Positions 52,591 through 64,000 of a DNA stretch of 64,000 nt are shown piece by piece. The position numbers and the translations under genes were made by a program. This stretch comes from Eledone cirrhosa. Its lineage: Eukaryota. Within the stretch, counting starts at the first letter, position 1. Each line of letters opens with the position of its first letter. Location: the NCBI GenBank assembly GCA_964016885.1, contig OZ024750.1, positions 25,048,001-25,112,000 on the forward strand, read 5' to 3'. Under the pieces are notes generated by a model. The model saw only the letters and a list, made by a program, of their open reading frames with translations. It searched no databases and had not been told where the DNA came from.

Positions 52591-53377
52591 TTTTATATCA
52601 CCAGTATTCTAACATTGACCTGATATAATCTAGCTTTCACACAATAAGTTAGATAGGAATCAAGACTTATTACATGTTAAGTGTAAGTTGGTGTTTGATT
52701 GTATTCTTGGATAAAACTCTTATGGTTTAGTGATATTCCAGTAGAGCAAAAGTTTCTGAGATGAAGTGAGAAAATATCCATGTGACCCAAAGATTTGAGA
52801 TTAAAAACAAAACAAAATAAAAAAAAAAGAAACCCAACAAAACATAAATGAAAACTTTAGAATTTAAATTAATCAAAAATGATCAGCCTGATATTAAAAG
52901 AGCGAATTAATTTAAATATTGAAGAAAATTACAATTAATTAACATTAGCATATTAAGTGGGTGGGGTGGGGATGGGGGAGAACAAGAAAAAGAAAAAAAA
53001 GATGAAATGGTGAAAGTAGAAAGTATGGGAAAAAGGGGGGAGGATAACAGATATTGTATTTAGTTTAACACTCTCTTCTCTCTCTCTCCCCCCTCTCTAT
53101 GTGTGTGTCTATGTATATATGTGTGTGTCTAATTAAACTTCGTTTTTAGCTGTTTTTACAGAAGTACTGTTATATGTGTATGTATGTATGTATGTATGTA
53201 TGTATGTATGTATGTATGTGTAATTAAACTTGATTTTTAGGTATCTTTATAAAAGTACTATTATATATGAGAAAGTGTCATCATTGCTGCTAACATCCTA
53301 TGTAGATGCTGACAAAATAGACTGAGTAGTTGGGAAGAACTGTCCTTTTATTGAATTGAGAATCTGTCCGTCTTATT

Positions 53378-53837
53378 TTAACCCTTTAGCATTTAAACCA
53401 ACCTTATACGGCCAGAATTCTCTCACCTCTTTCTGTTCAAACTGGCTGTAACCAGCTGCTCATACTGCCGTTAAGGTATTGTTCTCAACATTTGGCCAGA
53501 ATTCTCTCACCTCTTTCTGTTCAAACTGGTTGTAACCAGCTGCTCATACTGCCGTGAAGGTATTGTTCTCAACATTTGGCCAGAATTCTCTCACCTCTTT
53601 CTGTTCAAACTGGTTGTAACCAGCCACTCATACTGCCGTTAAGGTATTGTTCTCAACATTTGGCCAGAATTCTCTCACCTCTTTCTGTTCAAACTGGCTG
53701 TAACCAGCCACTCATACTGCTGGTAAGGTATTGTTCTGAACATAAATATCAAAATCTCATAGATTCGATATTATGTGAGGTAAAGCCTTCACCATGAAAA
53801 TATAATAGTATATATAAATGTAATGCTAAAGGGTTAA
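53378..53837 (+). mobile_element. Family-1 MITE with 84-bp internal segment repeated 4 times
   Basis: TTAA ends; units start at ~53410, 53494, 53578 and 53662. Confidence 0.87.
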
Positions 53838-54186
53838 CCATTGATTGATTTTGATATTTATTATCAATAGCAACTAAATGTAGATTAAATTATGATTTTT
53901 AAATATAAGTTTGAAAGCAGAGGCAACAGAGATGGGGGAACAGAATCCCTATGTGGTTTAAATGCACCAATGAGTTTCCAATATTCAAGTCCCTCAAAAA
54001 TGTCAGCAGAAGGGCACCAGAAGTCATGATCTAGATGTGGCCTGGCTCCCTTAGAGTGTAAGAAGTTAAAGGTCCAAAACACTTGCATGAGGGCTTCTTC
54101 TTCCAAGACCTTCTACTGTCAAGCTCTCTCTTGAGAGTTTCTTAATACTTTATCTACTGTTTTATGTCAATGTTTTAATAACAAGC

Positions 54187-54415
54187 TTAACCATTTAGCA
54201 TTTAAACCAGTCGTATCCAGCCATAATTCTCTCACCTCTTTCTGTTGAAACTGGTCATAACCGGCACATCATACTGATGTTAATGTATTGTTCTCAAAAT
54301 AAATAACATCAAAATATCATACATTCAATATTATGTGAGATAATTATGTAAGATAAAGCCTTTATGACAAAAATACAATAGTATATATAGAGGAATATAA
54401 ATGCTAAAGCGTTAA
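54187..54415 (+). mobile_element. Family-1 MITE
   Basis: TTAA ends, slightly diverged TIRs. Confidence 0.85.
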
Positions 54416-55349
54416 TATACACAAAAAAAAAAAAAATCTGATGATACCATCTCATGCCCATAACAAAACATAAGTTGATGGATATTGCTTTATGGTCCCT
54501 GTGGACAAAATTGCAAGTAACACCAATGCAAGCATAGAAAATATACATTAAACAGTGATGATGATGTTACCCTGGAAACTAGCAAAGGAGATGTGCTGAA
54601 AAAGCCAGTCTGTATCGCTGCCGATATTTGTCATTGCAAAAGCAATACAAACCAAAATCTGTAATTATGTGAGATTGAGTAGCAGTAGTATCAAATGACA
54701 TCACTGCCATTTTTGGTAGATTTCTCATTCTTTAACATTTTAGCCTTCAATCATACAAGAATGAATGTAAATAGGTTGTTCACATCACTCTTCATACAAT
54801 GACTTGTGCTTACGGTCACTCACCAAATTCCTCACTTTATACTTAACCTTCAGTTTAAAAGCATCTTTATTTAGTTATAAAGATGCAATTTGGTTTTAAA
54901 CAGTTGCTTTTATCTTTAAAAAAACTAGTGCAAGTCTTCAAATTTTCAACTATACATCTGAAATGAATATAGATTAAACCTGTGGTGGACTAGCATCCTA
55001 TCCAGGAGGAAGACATGTTCTCTGTCATTTAAAACTGATAAAACTGGGATAAACACCAGCTTGATGAGTCTCAGGGCTTGAAACAGACTTTAACTTTGTT
55101 TTAATCTGAAGAGTAATCTCTCTCTCTCTCTCTCTCTCTGCCTGCCTCTCATTCTCCTCTATTTCTTTCTCCTCTCTTTCTCTCTCTCTCCTGTTAACAT
55201 ATGGTGAAATGCACAAGTTAGATATATTCTCTAGTCAATTATCTTTGACCTATTCTCGGCTGAAAAAAGAAAACCAAGTTCAACAACTAAGTTTTTCTGG
55301 AAACACATCTACAGATGGTACATCTAATTCTATATCTCATGTCTTTTCT

Positions 55350-56848
55350 TTTGTATTAGACTAGCTGGCAATTTGTAGTTTTGTATTAGACTGACTGGTG
55401 GTTTGTAGTTTTGTATTAAGCTAGCTGGTAGTTTGTATTATACTGGCTGGTAATTTGTAGTTGTGTATTAGACTGGCTGGTAGTTTGTAGTTGTGTATTA
55501 GACTAGCTGGTAATTTGTAGTTTTGTATTAAACTGGCTGGTAGTTTGTATTAGACTGGCTGGTAGTTTGTAGTTTTGTATTAAACTGGCTGGTAGTTTGT
55601 AGTTTTGTATTAAACTGGCTGGTAGTTTGTAGTTTTGTATTAGACTGGCTGGTAGTTTGTAGTTTTGTATTAGACTGGCTGATAGTTTGTAGTTTTGAAT
55701 TAGACTGGCTGGTAGTTTGTAGTTTTGTATTAAACTGGCTGGTAGTTTGTAGTTTTGTATTAAACTGGCTGATAGTTTGTAGTTTTGAATTAGACTGGCT
55801 GGTAGCTTGTAGTTTTGTATTAGACTGGCTGGTAGTTTGTAGTTTTGTATTAAACTGGCTGGTAGTTTGTAGTTTTGTATTAGACTGGCTGGTAGTTTAT
55901 AGTTTTGAATTAGACTGGCTGGTAGTTTGTAGTTTTGTATTAGACTGGCTGGTAGTTTGTAGTTGTGTATTAGACTGGCTGGTAGTTTGTAGTTTTGTAT
56001 TAGACTGGCTGGTAGTTTGTAATTGTGTATTAGACTGGTTGGTAGTTTGTAGTTGTGTATTAGACTGGCTGGTAGTTTGTAGTTGTGTATTAGACCGGTT
56101 GGTAGTTTGTAGTTTTGTATTAGACTGGCTGGTAGTTTGTAGTTTTGTATTAGACTGGCTGATAGTTTGTAGTTTTGAATTAGACTGGCTGGTAGTTTGT
56201 AGTTTTGTATTAGACTGGCTGGTAGTTTGTATTTGTGTATTAGACTGGCTGGTAGTTTGTAGTTTTGTATTAGACTGGCTGGTAGTTTGTAGTTTTGTAT
56301 TAAACTGGCTGGTAGTTTGTAGTTGTGTATTAGACTGGCTGGTAGTTTGTAGTTTTGTATTAGACTGGCTGGTAGTTTGTAGTTGTGTATTAGACTGGCT
56401 GGTAGTTTGTAGTTTTGTATTAGACTGGCTGGTAGTTTGTAGTTGTGTATTAGACTGGCTGGTAGTTTGTAGTTTTGTTTTAGACTGGCTGGTAGTTTGT
56501 AGTTGTGTATTAGACTGGTTGGTAGTTTGTAGTTTTGTATTAAGCTGGCTGGTAGTTTGTATTAGACTGGCTGGTAGATTTAGTTGTGTATTAAACTAGC
56601 TGGTAGTTTGTATTAGACTGGCTGGTAGATTGTAGTTGTGTATTAAGGTGGCTGGTAGTTTGTAGTTTTGTATTAGACTGGCTGGTAGTTTGTAGTTTTG
56701 TATTAAACTGGCTGGTAGTTTGTAGTTTTGTATTAGACTGGCTGGTAGTTTGTAGTTTTGTATTAGACTGGCTGGTAGTTTGTAGTTTTGTATTAGACTG
56801 GCTGGTAGTTTGTAGTTTTGTACTAAGCTGGCTGGTAGTTTGTAGTTA
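55350..56848. repeat. 30-bp minisatellite (~50 copies)
   Basis: TAGACTGGCTGGTAGTTTGTAGTTTTGTAT. Confidence 0.96.
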
Positions 56849-56904
56849 GGAACTTTCACATCACTCTACTTTTACTGTCTTACATTTATGTGTGTATGTA
56901 GATT

Positions 56905-56938
<34 letters not shown>

Positions 56939-57014
56939 GATTTGTGTGTGTTTTGTAGATTTGTGTGTGGAGGTAATAAAATTGGTTGTGAATAAATGTT
57001 TGAAACTAATTATG

Positions 57015-57039
57015 CACACACACACACACACACACACAC

Positions 57040-57103
<64 letters not shown>

Positions 57104-57607
57104 GCGCGCGATTTTGCTTCCTATTATATAGCAATTCTATTATTTTGTTGTGCACATGTAGGTCTTCACATGTATGTGTGGTGTGTACACGTGTGTGTAC
57201 AATGTTAACATTGAAATTTGATAATACATTGTATGTATATGTTCACATGTATGTATGTGTGTATACGTGTATGTGTTCACATGAATGTGTGTGTGCACAC
57301 ATGTGTATACATGTGTGTGTCTGTCTACATGTGCATGTATATGTTCACATGCATGCATATATATATATGTTCACATGTATGTATATGTTCACATGCATGT
57401 ATATATATATATGTTCACATGCATATATATATATATATGTTCACATGTATGTATATGTTCACATGTATGTATATGTTCACATGCATGTATATATATATAT
57501 ATATATATATGTTCACATGTATGTATATGTTCACATGTATGTATATATATATATATATATATATATGTTCACATGCATGTATATATATATATATATATAT
57601 ACACAGG

Positions 57608-57638
<31 letters not shown>

Positions 57639-58004
57639 TCACATGTATGTATATATATATATATATATGTTCACATGTATGTATATATATATATATATAT
57701 ATGTTCACATGTATGTATATGTTCACATGCATGTATATATATATATATATGTTCACATGTATGTATATGTTCACATGCATGTATATATATATATATGTTC
57801 ACATGCATGCATGTATATATATATGTACACATGTATGTATATATATATATGTTCACATGTATGTATATATATATATATATGTTCACATGTATGTATATAT
57901 ATATGTTCACATGTATATATGTGTTCACATGTATATGTGTTCATATGTATGTATGTGTTCATATGTGTATATGTGTTCACATGCATGTATATATATATAT
58001 ATTC

Positions 58005-58036
<32 letters not shown>

Positions 58037-58180
58037 TCACATGTATGTATATATATATATATATGTTCACATGTATGTATGTGTTCATATGTATGTATAC
58101 ACACATGTATATATGTTCACATGTATGTATGTGTTCATATGTATGTATACACACATGTATAAATGTGTGTATGTATGTAC
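57015..58180. repeat. (CA)n, (GCAC)n and (TA)nTGTTCACATG repeats
   Basis: Directly visible. Confidence 0.93.
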
Positions 58181-58473
58181 AATGTTAACAGTGAGATATA
58201 AAAATACTGGGTTTTTTCTTTCTAGTTAATAATCTCCTGTCCAACTTCTCTATGTATTTCTTCAACTGTCATTCTGAATTGTTTCTCATATCATCAAGTA
58301 ATAAATATATTTCAGTCAGAGATCTATAGCTCTTATTTGTTGTTGTTGTTGTTGTGTTTTTATAGAGGTTCTTTTGATGAATATTGTTCTTCTATTTTTA
58401 TTTACGAATTGATATAATTGAAACACTAATACCACCACCACTACTACTACTACTACTACATAGAATATAATGT

Positions 58474-59035
58474 TTTCTTTATTAACCACAAGGGTTGACA
58501 CAAAGCATAACATTAAGGGCAGCACAGGACGGTACAAATAGGTGTTTCTGTGTGTAAAAACAAATACATAAAACAAAAATAGAGTAACAAAAACAAAAGA
58601 AACTAAGGAAAATTCCCCAATAAGGGGGGGGGGGGCGACCTCTGAAGGTCACTCGTGGAGAAAGCCAGTTAAAAAAAGCTACGGTGACCCTGACCACCAG
58701 AGTAAGTGCCCTCTCTCAGGTTTCCACCTCCAATTTACAGGTGCATACTCAGTGCAGGCCCATTCACTCGGGCCATGCTTGCTTCTCTCATCCATCTTTC
58801 AACAAATTGCTGGGAAGGGAGCACTTCCCTCTCCACCCTGATTTTCCTTGTCAAATGAAATTTGAAAAATTTAATCAGAGCATTGCCGAAGAGGTAAGTG
58901 CTCGTCTTCACCCCTTTCAAATGTATCCACCACATGACTTCTTTTGCCATGGCTACCAGGCAGATAATATTTGCTTGCTCCTTCCTGGTTAAAGGAAGGT
59001 AGCAGGGCAATCCTCACAATGGACTCAGTTGATAG
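58474..59035 (-). mobile_element. Tx1/L1-clade LINE 3' fragment
   Basis: AMAKEVMWWI.LKG...FFKFHLTRKIRVEREVL..FVERW; paralogue of 3881-4491. Confidence 0.75.
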
Positions 59036-59427
59036 TTAAGTAAAACAAAACCTTGTTTGAGATGTCTGGCCTATAATCTGACAATTGTTGAAGGTTAATC
59101 CTAATATAAACATTCATTTAGGATTAAAGTTTTTTTTTTCCTCTAAAAGATTAGTAGCCACAAAAAAGTGTTTTTGTGATTTTGTCAATTTTTGTTTCAA
59201 GTTATTTAAAATAGTTTAAGTTGTTATTTACAATAGAAATGTCATGGCCAGATCTTTGATATAAAGATTTATGAAGAAGTCAGAAGAGAGAGAGAGAGAT
59301 GTTTGTATTGCCATTCCAGGAAAAGAATTCTTGTGATATAAGTCTTGTGAAATGTTCACTAGATACCTTACTTTCAAGTTAAAAAGTGTGTTTATTCTCT
59401 AGTTAGATAAAATGGTGAAATGAATGT

Positions 59428-59749
59428 TTAAGCCTTTAGCATTTAAACTGGCTGTATCTGGCCAGAATCCTCTCATCTCTTTCTGTTCAAACCGGCTGTA
59501 ACTGGCTGCTCATATTGACGTTTAACCCTTTAATGTTCAAACCGGCCAAAACCGGCCAGAATTCTCTACCTCTTTCTGTTGAAACTGGCTGTAACTGGTC
59601 GCTCAAACTGATGTTAAGGTATTGTTCTCAAAATAAATACTTTCAAAATCTCATAGATTCGATATTATGTGAGATAATTATGTGAGATAAAGCTTTAACC
59701 ATGACAATACAATAGTATATATAGAGTAATGTAAATGCTAAAGGGTTAA
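59428..59749 (+). mobile_element. Family-1 MITE with duplicated or nested left end (second TTAACCC at 59522)
   Basis: TIRs and TTAA. Confidence 0.8.
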
Positions 59750-60807
59750 CAGCTTCAGAGAGAGAGAGACTTGGAAAACAAGGGGGAAGGAAAATATATT
59801 TGAACCTAAAGGATATTGTACAGAACAGGTCAAGATTGGAAATTTGTTTTTCTTTCCAAAGATTTCATTGTTTATTCTTTTATTCCTCTTTACCATTCCT
59901 ATATTCTCCTCCTTACCATTCCTATATTCCCCTCCTTATCATTCCGATATTCTACTGTACAATTCTTATATTTTACTTTACCATTCCTACATTCCTCTGT
60001 ACCATTTGTTTCACCATAAGACTTTACATACAAATCTTTAGTTTTTATGACTGATTGGCAAAGCTTTGTGGATGTTGACTGTTTTTTTTTTTAATATATA
60101 TAATGCGGCTTTCCTATAATACATAGTACAAAAGTGTTTTGAATTGTAGGTTCTTCTTCTAATATTCTTTAGATCAATATCTATCAAGAATAGTTGTTTG
60201 GTTTCATGTCTACATAGATTACTTGGAAGAACCCATTACTTGGAGGAATCCGTTACGAAATGTTTGGAGAGTAAAAAAAAGGATAACTCTCAGAATGTAA
60301 ATTACTACATAGATCAGCTACACATTAAAGATTTTGTTTCATGAAATATATTTAGACAGCCTCTGTGTGTGTATGTGTTCGTGAATCTCAGTGTGTGTGT
60401 GTATTGATTCAGGGTACTTGAGAATAACCTGCTTACCATTAGGGAAGCCTATATCCTTCAGAAAACACAATCAGCAACTATCTTTATTACCCAGGAATAT
60501 TAATAAGATACATAGTGACTTTCATAATTTCCTGTTAAAATCTTTTAATCAGAGAGAATAAAAGAAAGTTGGGGAGAACAGCGAGGATTTTTATGTATTT
60601 ATGTATATACTTTTGATCCAATGCTCTCTAACGTTCTCCAATAAATATATTTGATTTTGTATAGATGTGTGTGACTAAACATTAGTTAGATTCCTTCTAT
60701 TTCTATGATATTTTACAAATGATATATACTAAATTACTACTGATTTGTCGACTGTTAGATAAAGCAACATTTAAGTAAATATAAGTATAGCAAAAGTAAG
60801 TGATATA

Positions 60808-60965
60808 GGCAGTGAATTGGTAGTCATTAGAACGTTGAATAGAATGCTTTGTGTTATTCATTTCGGCTTTCTACTCTCTGTTTTCAAAGCCTGCTGAGGT
60901 TAACTTTGACTTTCATCCATTTGAGGTCAATAAAAAAAGTACCAGTCAAGTACTGGGGTTGATTA
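60808..60965 (+). mobile_element. Old SINE family A-related copy
   Basis: GGCAGTGAATTGGTAG...GAGGTTAACTTTGACTTTCATCC...AAAGTACCAG. Confidence 0.65.
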
Positions 60966-61279
60966 TTACTTCCCCTCTCTCTCACTTTCTATCTTTCTCT
61001 TCTCTGAAAGGAATCTGCTGTATTCAGACCTGGAGTGAATTGGGTTCTGCCAGGTTTTAAAATGCCCTTAGAAATGCTGTATGTCAATACAGTGGTCCCA
61101 ATGACTCTCTTGGCAGTTACGGGACCATGCCAACAGTAAGTGAAGGGATATTACACTAAATGTGACTAAATATTGAATAGTTATTTATAGTAAATGAATT
61201 TTTATAAAGATTGTTAGTTCTCAATCAAGATAGCATGAATTGGATGGTTCTAAATTTATGGACATTAGCTTAAATTGTC

Positions 61280-61878
61280 TATACATACACATATATATAC
61301 ACACACATATATATACATACACATATACATACACACACGCATATATACACACACACACATATATATACACACACATATATATACACACACATATATATGC
61401 ATACACATATACATACACACACACATATATACACACACATATATATATACACACACATATATATACACACACATATATATACACACACATATATATATAC
61501 ACACACATATATATATACACACACATATATATATACACACACATATATACACACACATATATATATACACACACATATATATATACACACATATATATAC
61601 ACACACATATATATACATACACATATACATACATACACATATATACACACACATATATATATACACACACATATATATATACACACACATATATATACAC
61701 ACACATATATATACACACATATATATACACACATATATACACACACACATATATATATATATACACACATATATATATATACACACATATATATACATAC
61801 TCATATATATACACACACATATATACATACACATATATATACATACACATATATATACACACACACATATATACACAC
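61280..61878. repeat. (CA)n(TA)n compound microsatellite
   Basis: Directly visible. Confidence 0.95.
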
Positions 61879-61894
61879 TACTGATGATCTCAGC

Positions 61895-64000
61895 TCATCA
61901 TCATCATCATCATCACCGTTTTACGTCCGTTCTTCCACGCTAGCATGGGTTAGACGGGTTGTCCTGTTGTGGGCAGTGTCTGGTCGGCTGACCATGCCTT
62001 GCTCATACAGGAACTGATCTGGCTTGATTTCTACAGCTGGATGCCCTTCCTAACACCAACCTCATTTACAGTGAGTGCTGGGTGCTTTTTCGTGGCGCCT
62101 ACACGTCCACTTTACAGTGTGGGCTGGGTGCTTTTTTGCCGTGGCACCTCCACGACCACCTTGCGGTGGGGGGGGGGGGGGGGGGGGCATATTGTTTATA
62201 TGCTTCAGCATGTACCCATGGGAGGTCGGGTACCCTGTATTACTGCGTGACGCCAGAAGTCACGGTCGTGTGTCATTGACTTTGAGAGGTGTAGTTGGGT
62301 AAGGTCGGCTTTTATCACCTCATCCCAAGTCATCTTGGGTCTCCCCACTCCGCGGTTTCCATCAACTTCTAGTGCTCTGCACCTTTTTATGCAGCTGTCA
62401 TCCTTCATACGCATCACATGTCCATACCAGCGTAACCGCCTCTCCTGCACGCAGCATTTGATTCCTCTTATGCTCAGTCTCTCTCTCAATTCATTTATGC
62501 TTTGTCGTTCACGTATATTACTGTTACACATCCATCGGAGCATGCAGGCTTCGTTTCTCTCTAATCTACGTAAGTCTTCCACCTTCAGCGCCCAGGTCTC
62601 ACTACCATGCAACATCGCTGTTCGGATACACGCATCATACAGTCTGCCTTTCATTCTGAGGGAGAAGCCTTTTGCAGCTAGCAGTGGTAGTAGTTCCCTA
62701 AACTTCTTCCATCCCGTTCTTACCCTAGTTATTGTACTTTCTGAGCACCCACCTCCGTTGCTAATTCGGTCACCTAGGTAGCAGAAGCTGTCTACTGTTT
62801 CTACAGGGCCCTCCCAGAGATTGGTGGTACTTGTTTCCTGTGGCTGTTTGCTTGCTGTTTCAGCACAGCTGCTGCATGTGAATCCTACATTCTTAATTAA
62901 GCTTCCTGAGATCCCGCTACATCTCTTGTGTACCCATTGTTTGCATTTGGGGCAAAGAATGGAGTTCCTACCTACACCTTTCCTACATACTGAGCAAGGC
63001 CATTTCCCTGAGGGGATCTGGGTTCTGTTTTCTCGTCTACTTATAAGGACCTTAGTCTTTGTCATGTTGACTTTGAGGCCCTTTCTCTCTAGTCCCTGCT
63101 TCCAGGTTTGGAATTTATTCTCTAGTTCTACCATAGATTCAGCTATGAGTGCGAGGTCATCAGCATACAGGAGTTCCCATGGGCATCCGGTCTTAAACTC
63201 CTCCGTTATTGCCTGCAGGACTATGATGAACAGGAGAGGGCTAAGAACAGAGCCCTGGTGGACCCCAACCTGTACGCTAAATTCCTCGCTATACTCATTG
63301 CCAATCCTAACTTTGCTGACTGCTCCCCTATACATGGCTTGTACCGCTTTCACAAGCCATTCATCTACTCCTAGTTTTCTAAGAGCCCACCAGATTACTG
63401 CACGTGGAACTCTGTCAAAGGCTTTCTCAAGGTCGACAAATGCCAAGTAGAGTGGCTTACTTTTAGCTAGGTACTTTTCCTGTAATTGCCTCACAAGGAA
63501 GAGCGCATCAGTGGTGCCTTTCCCTGGAACAAACCCAAATTGCATCTCGTCTATATTCACCCGGTCCCTAATCAGCTGTGCTATAACTCTTTCTGTTACT
63601 TTCATGACCTGGTCCATCAACTTTATACCTCTATAGTTTCCTCTATCTAGTGCATCGCCTTTACCTTTGTAGCAGTTGACAATGATGCTACTGCACCAAT
63701 CTTTTGGTATGGCCCCCTCTAGTATTACCTGGTTAACGATACGTGTGGTTATAGTGTGACCTACAGACCCAGATGCCTTCAGCATCTCGGCAGCTATACC
63801 CGATGGACCGGTTGCCTTCCCTATCTTCATATCTCTGATTGCCTTACTTACTACGCTGCCGCTGACTTGTACTGCTGGTCCCTCTATAGGGTCTACGTGG
63901 GGTAGGGTCTCTTCTTCCCATGCATTCTCCTCATTTAGTAATCTATCATAATGACTCTTCCATGCATCTTTCTTCTCAGCACTTGTGAGGGCAAGCTCAC
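61895..64000 (-). mobile_element. RTE-clade LINE, 3' portion, with 3'UTR and (GAT)n tail; continues beyond window
   Basis: RT ORF, 3'UTR and terminal TGATGA repeats. Confidence 0.95.
62205..63998 (-). CDS. LINE ORF2 reverse transcriptase (partial, open to window edge) with PHD-like Zn finger
   Basis: KATGPSGI, NYRGIKL, QFGFVPG, FVDLEKAFD, GVHQGSVLSP, LYADD, FCYLG, RLRWYGHV. The frame is also open upstream of 63830 (ELALT...AWKSHYDRLLNEEN). Confidence 0.95.
   Translation of the reverse strand, partial: ELALTSAEKKDAWKSHYDRLLNEENAWEEETLPHVDPIEGPAVQVSGSVVSKAIRDMKIGKATGPSGIAAEMLKASGSVGHTITTRIVNQVILEGAIPKDWCSSIIVNCYKGKGDALDRGNYRGIKLMDQVMKVTERVIAQLIRDRVNIDEMQFGFVPGKGTTDALFLVRQLQEKYLAKSKPLYLAFVDLEKAFDRVPRAVIWWALRKLGVDEWLVKAVQAMYRGAVSKVRIGNEYSEEFSVQVGVHQGSVLSPLLFIIVLQAITEEFKTGCPWELLYADDLALIAESMVELENKFQTWKQGLERKGLKVNMTKTKVLISRRENRTQIPSGKWPCSVCRKGVGRNSILCPKCKQWVHKRCSGISGSLIKNVGFTCSSCAETASKQPQETSTTNLWEGPVETVDSFCYLGDRISNGGGCSESTITRVRTGWKKFRELLPLLAAKGFSLRMKGRLYDACIRTAMLHGSETWALKVEDLRRLERNEACMLRWMCNSNIRERQSINELRERLSIRGIKCCVQERRLRWYGHVMRMKDDSCIKRCRALEVDGNRGVGRPKMTWDEVIKADLTQLHLSKSMTHDRDFWRHAVIQGTRPPMGTC

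Noticed and set aside
56039-56599. VVCSFVLDWL repeat ORF
   Set aside because: One stop-free frame of a 30-bp minisatellite; no coding context
62335-63450. Plus-strand ORFs of 148 and 209 aa
   Set aside because: Antisense shadows of the RT ORF

Overview
Repeat-rich, AT-rich animal genomic DNA. The SINE and LINE families and the microsatellite load suggest an octopod cephalopod (inference). The only host gene recognised is the first coding exon of a FAM102A/B (EEIG1, NT-C2 domain) homologue at 1159-1307 (+), which the ORF track missed. No second exon was found, so the rest of the window appears to be one intron of more than 62 kb, with a 200-N gap inside it. That intron holds tRNA-derived SINEs, fragments of CRE-, Tx1/L1-, CR1- and RTE-clade LINEs, an RTE ORF2 that is uninterrupted up to the window edge and carries a PHD-like finger, about 10 TTAA-flanked piggyBac-like MITEs, a hAT MITE and many minisatellites. 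The very long ORFs in the track are almost all satellite artefacts. The best leads are: a candidate minimal hammerhead ribozyme (3643-3685, -); a 105-bp foldback whose four mismatches are all G·U-compatible on the pre-mRNA strand; tandem arrays that grew inside transposons, including a 3.5-kb array of SINE A-box heads with a 415-bp higher-order repeat; and a SINE that repeatedly inserts at ATTAT, twice at the same MITE position. No new multi-gene system could be supported from the sequence.
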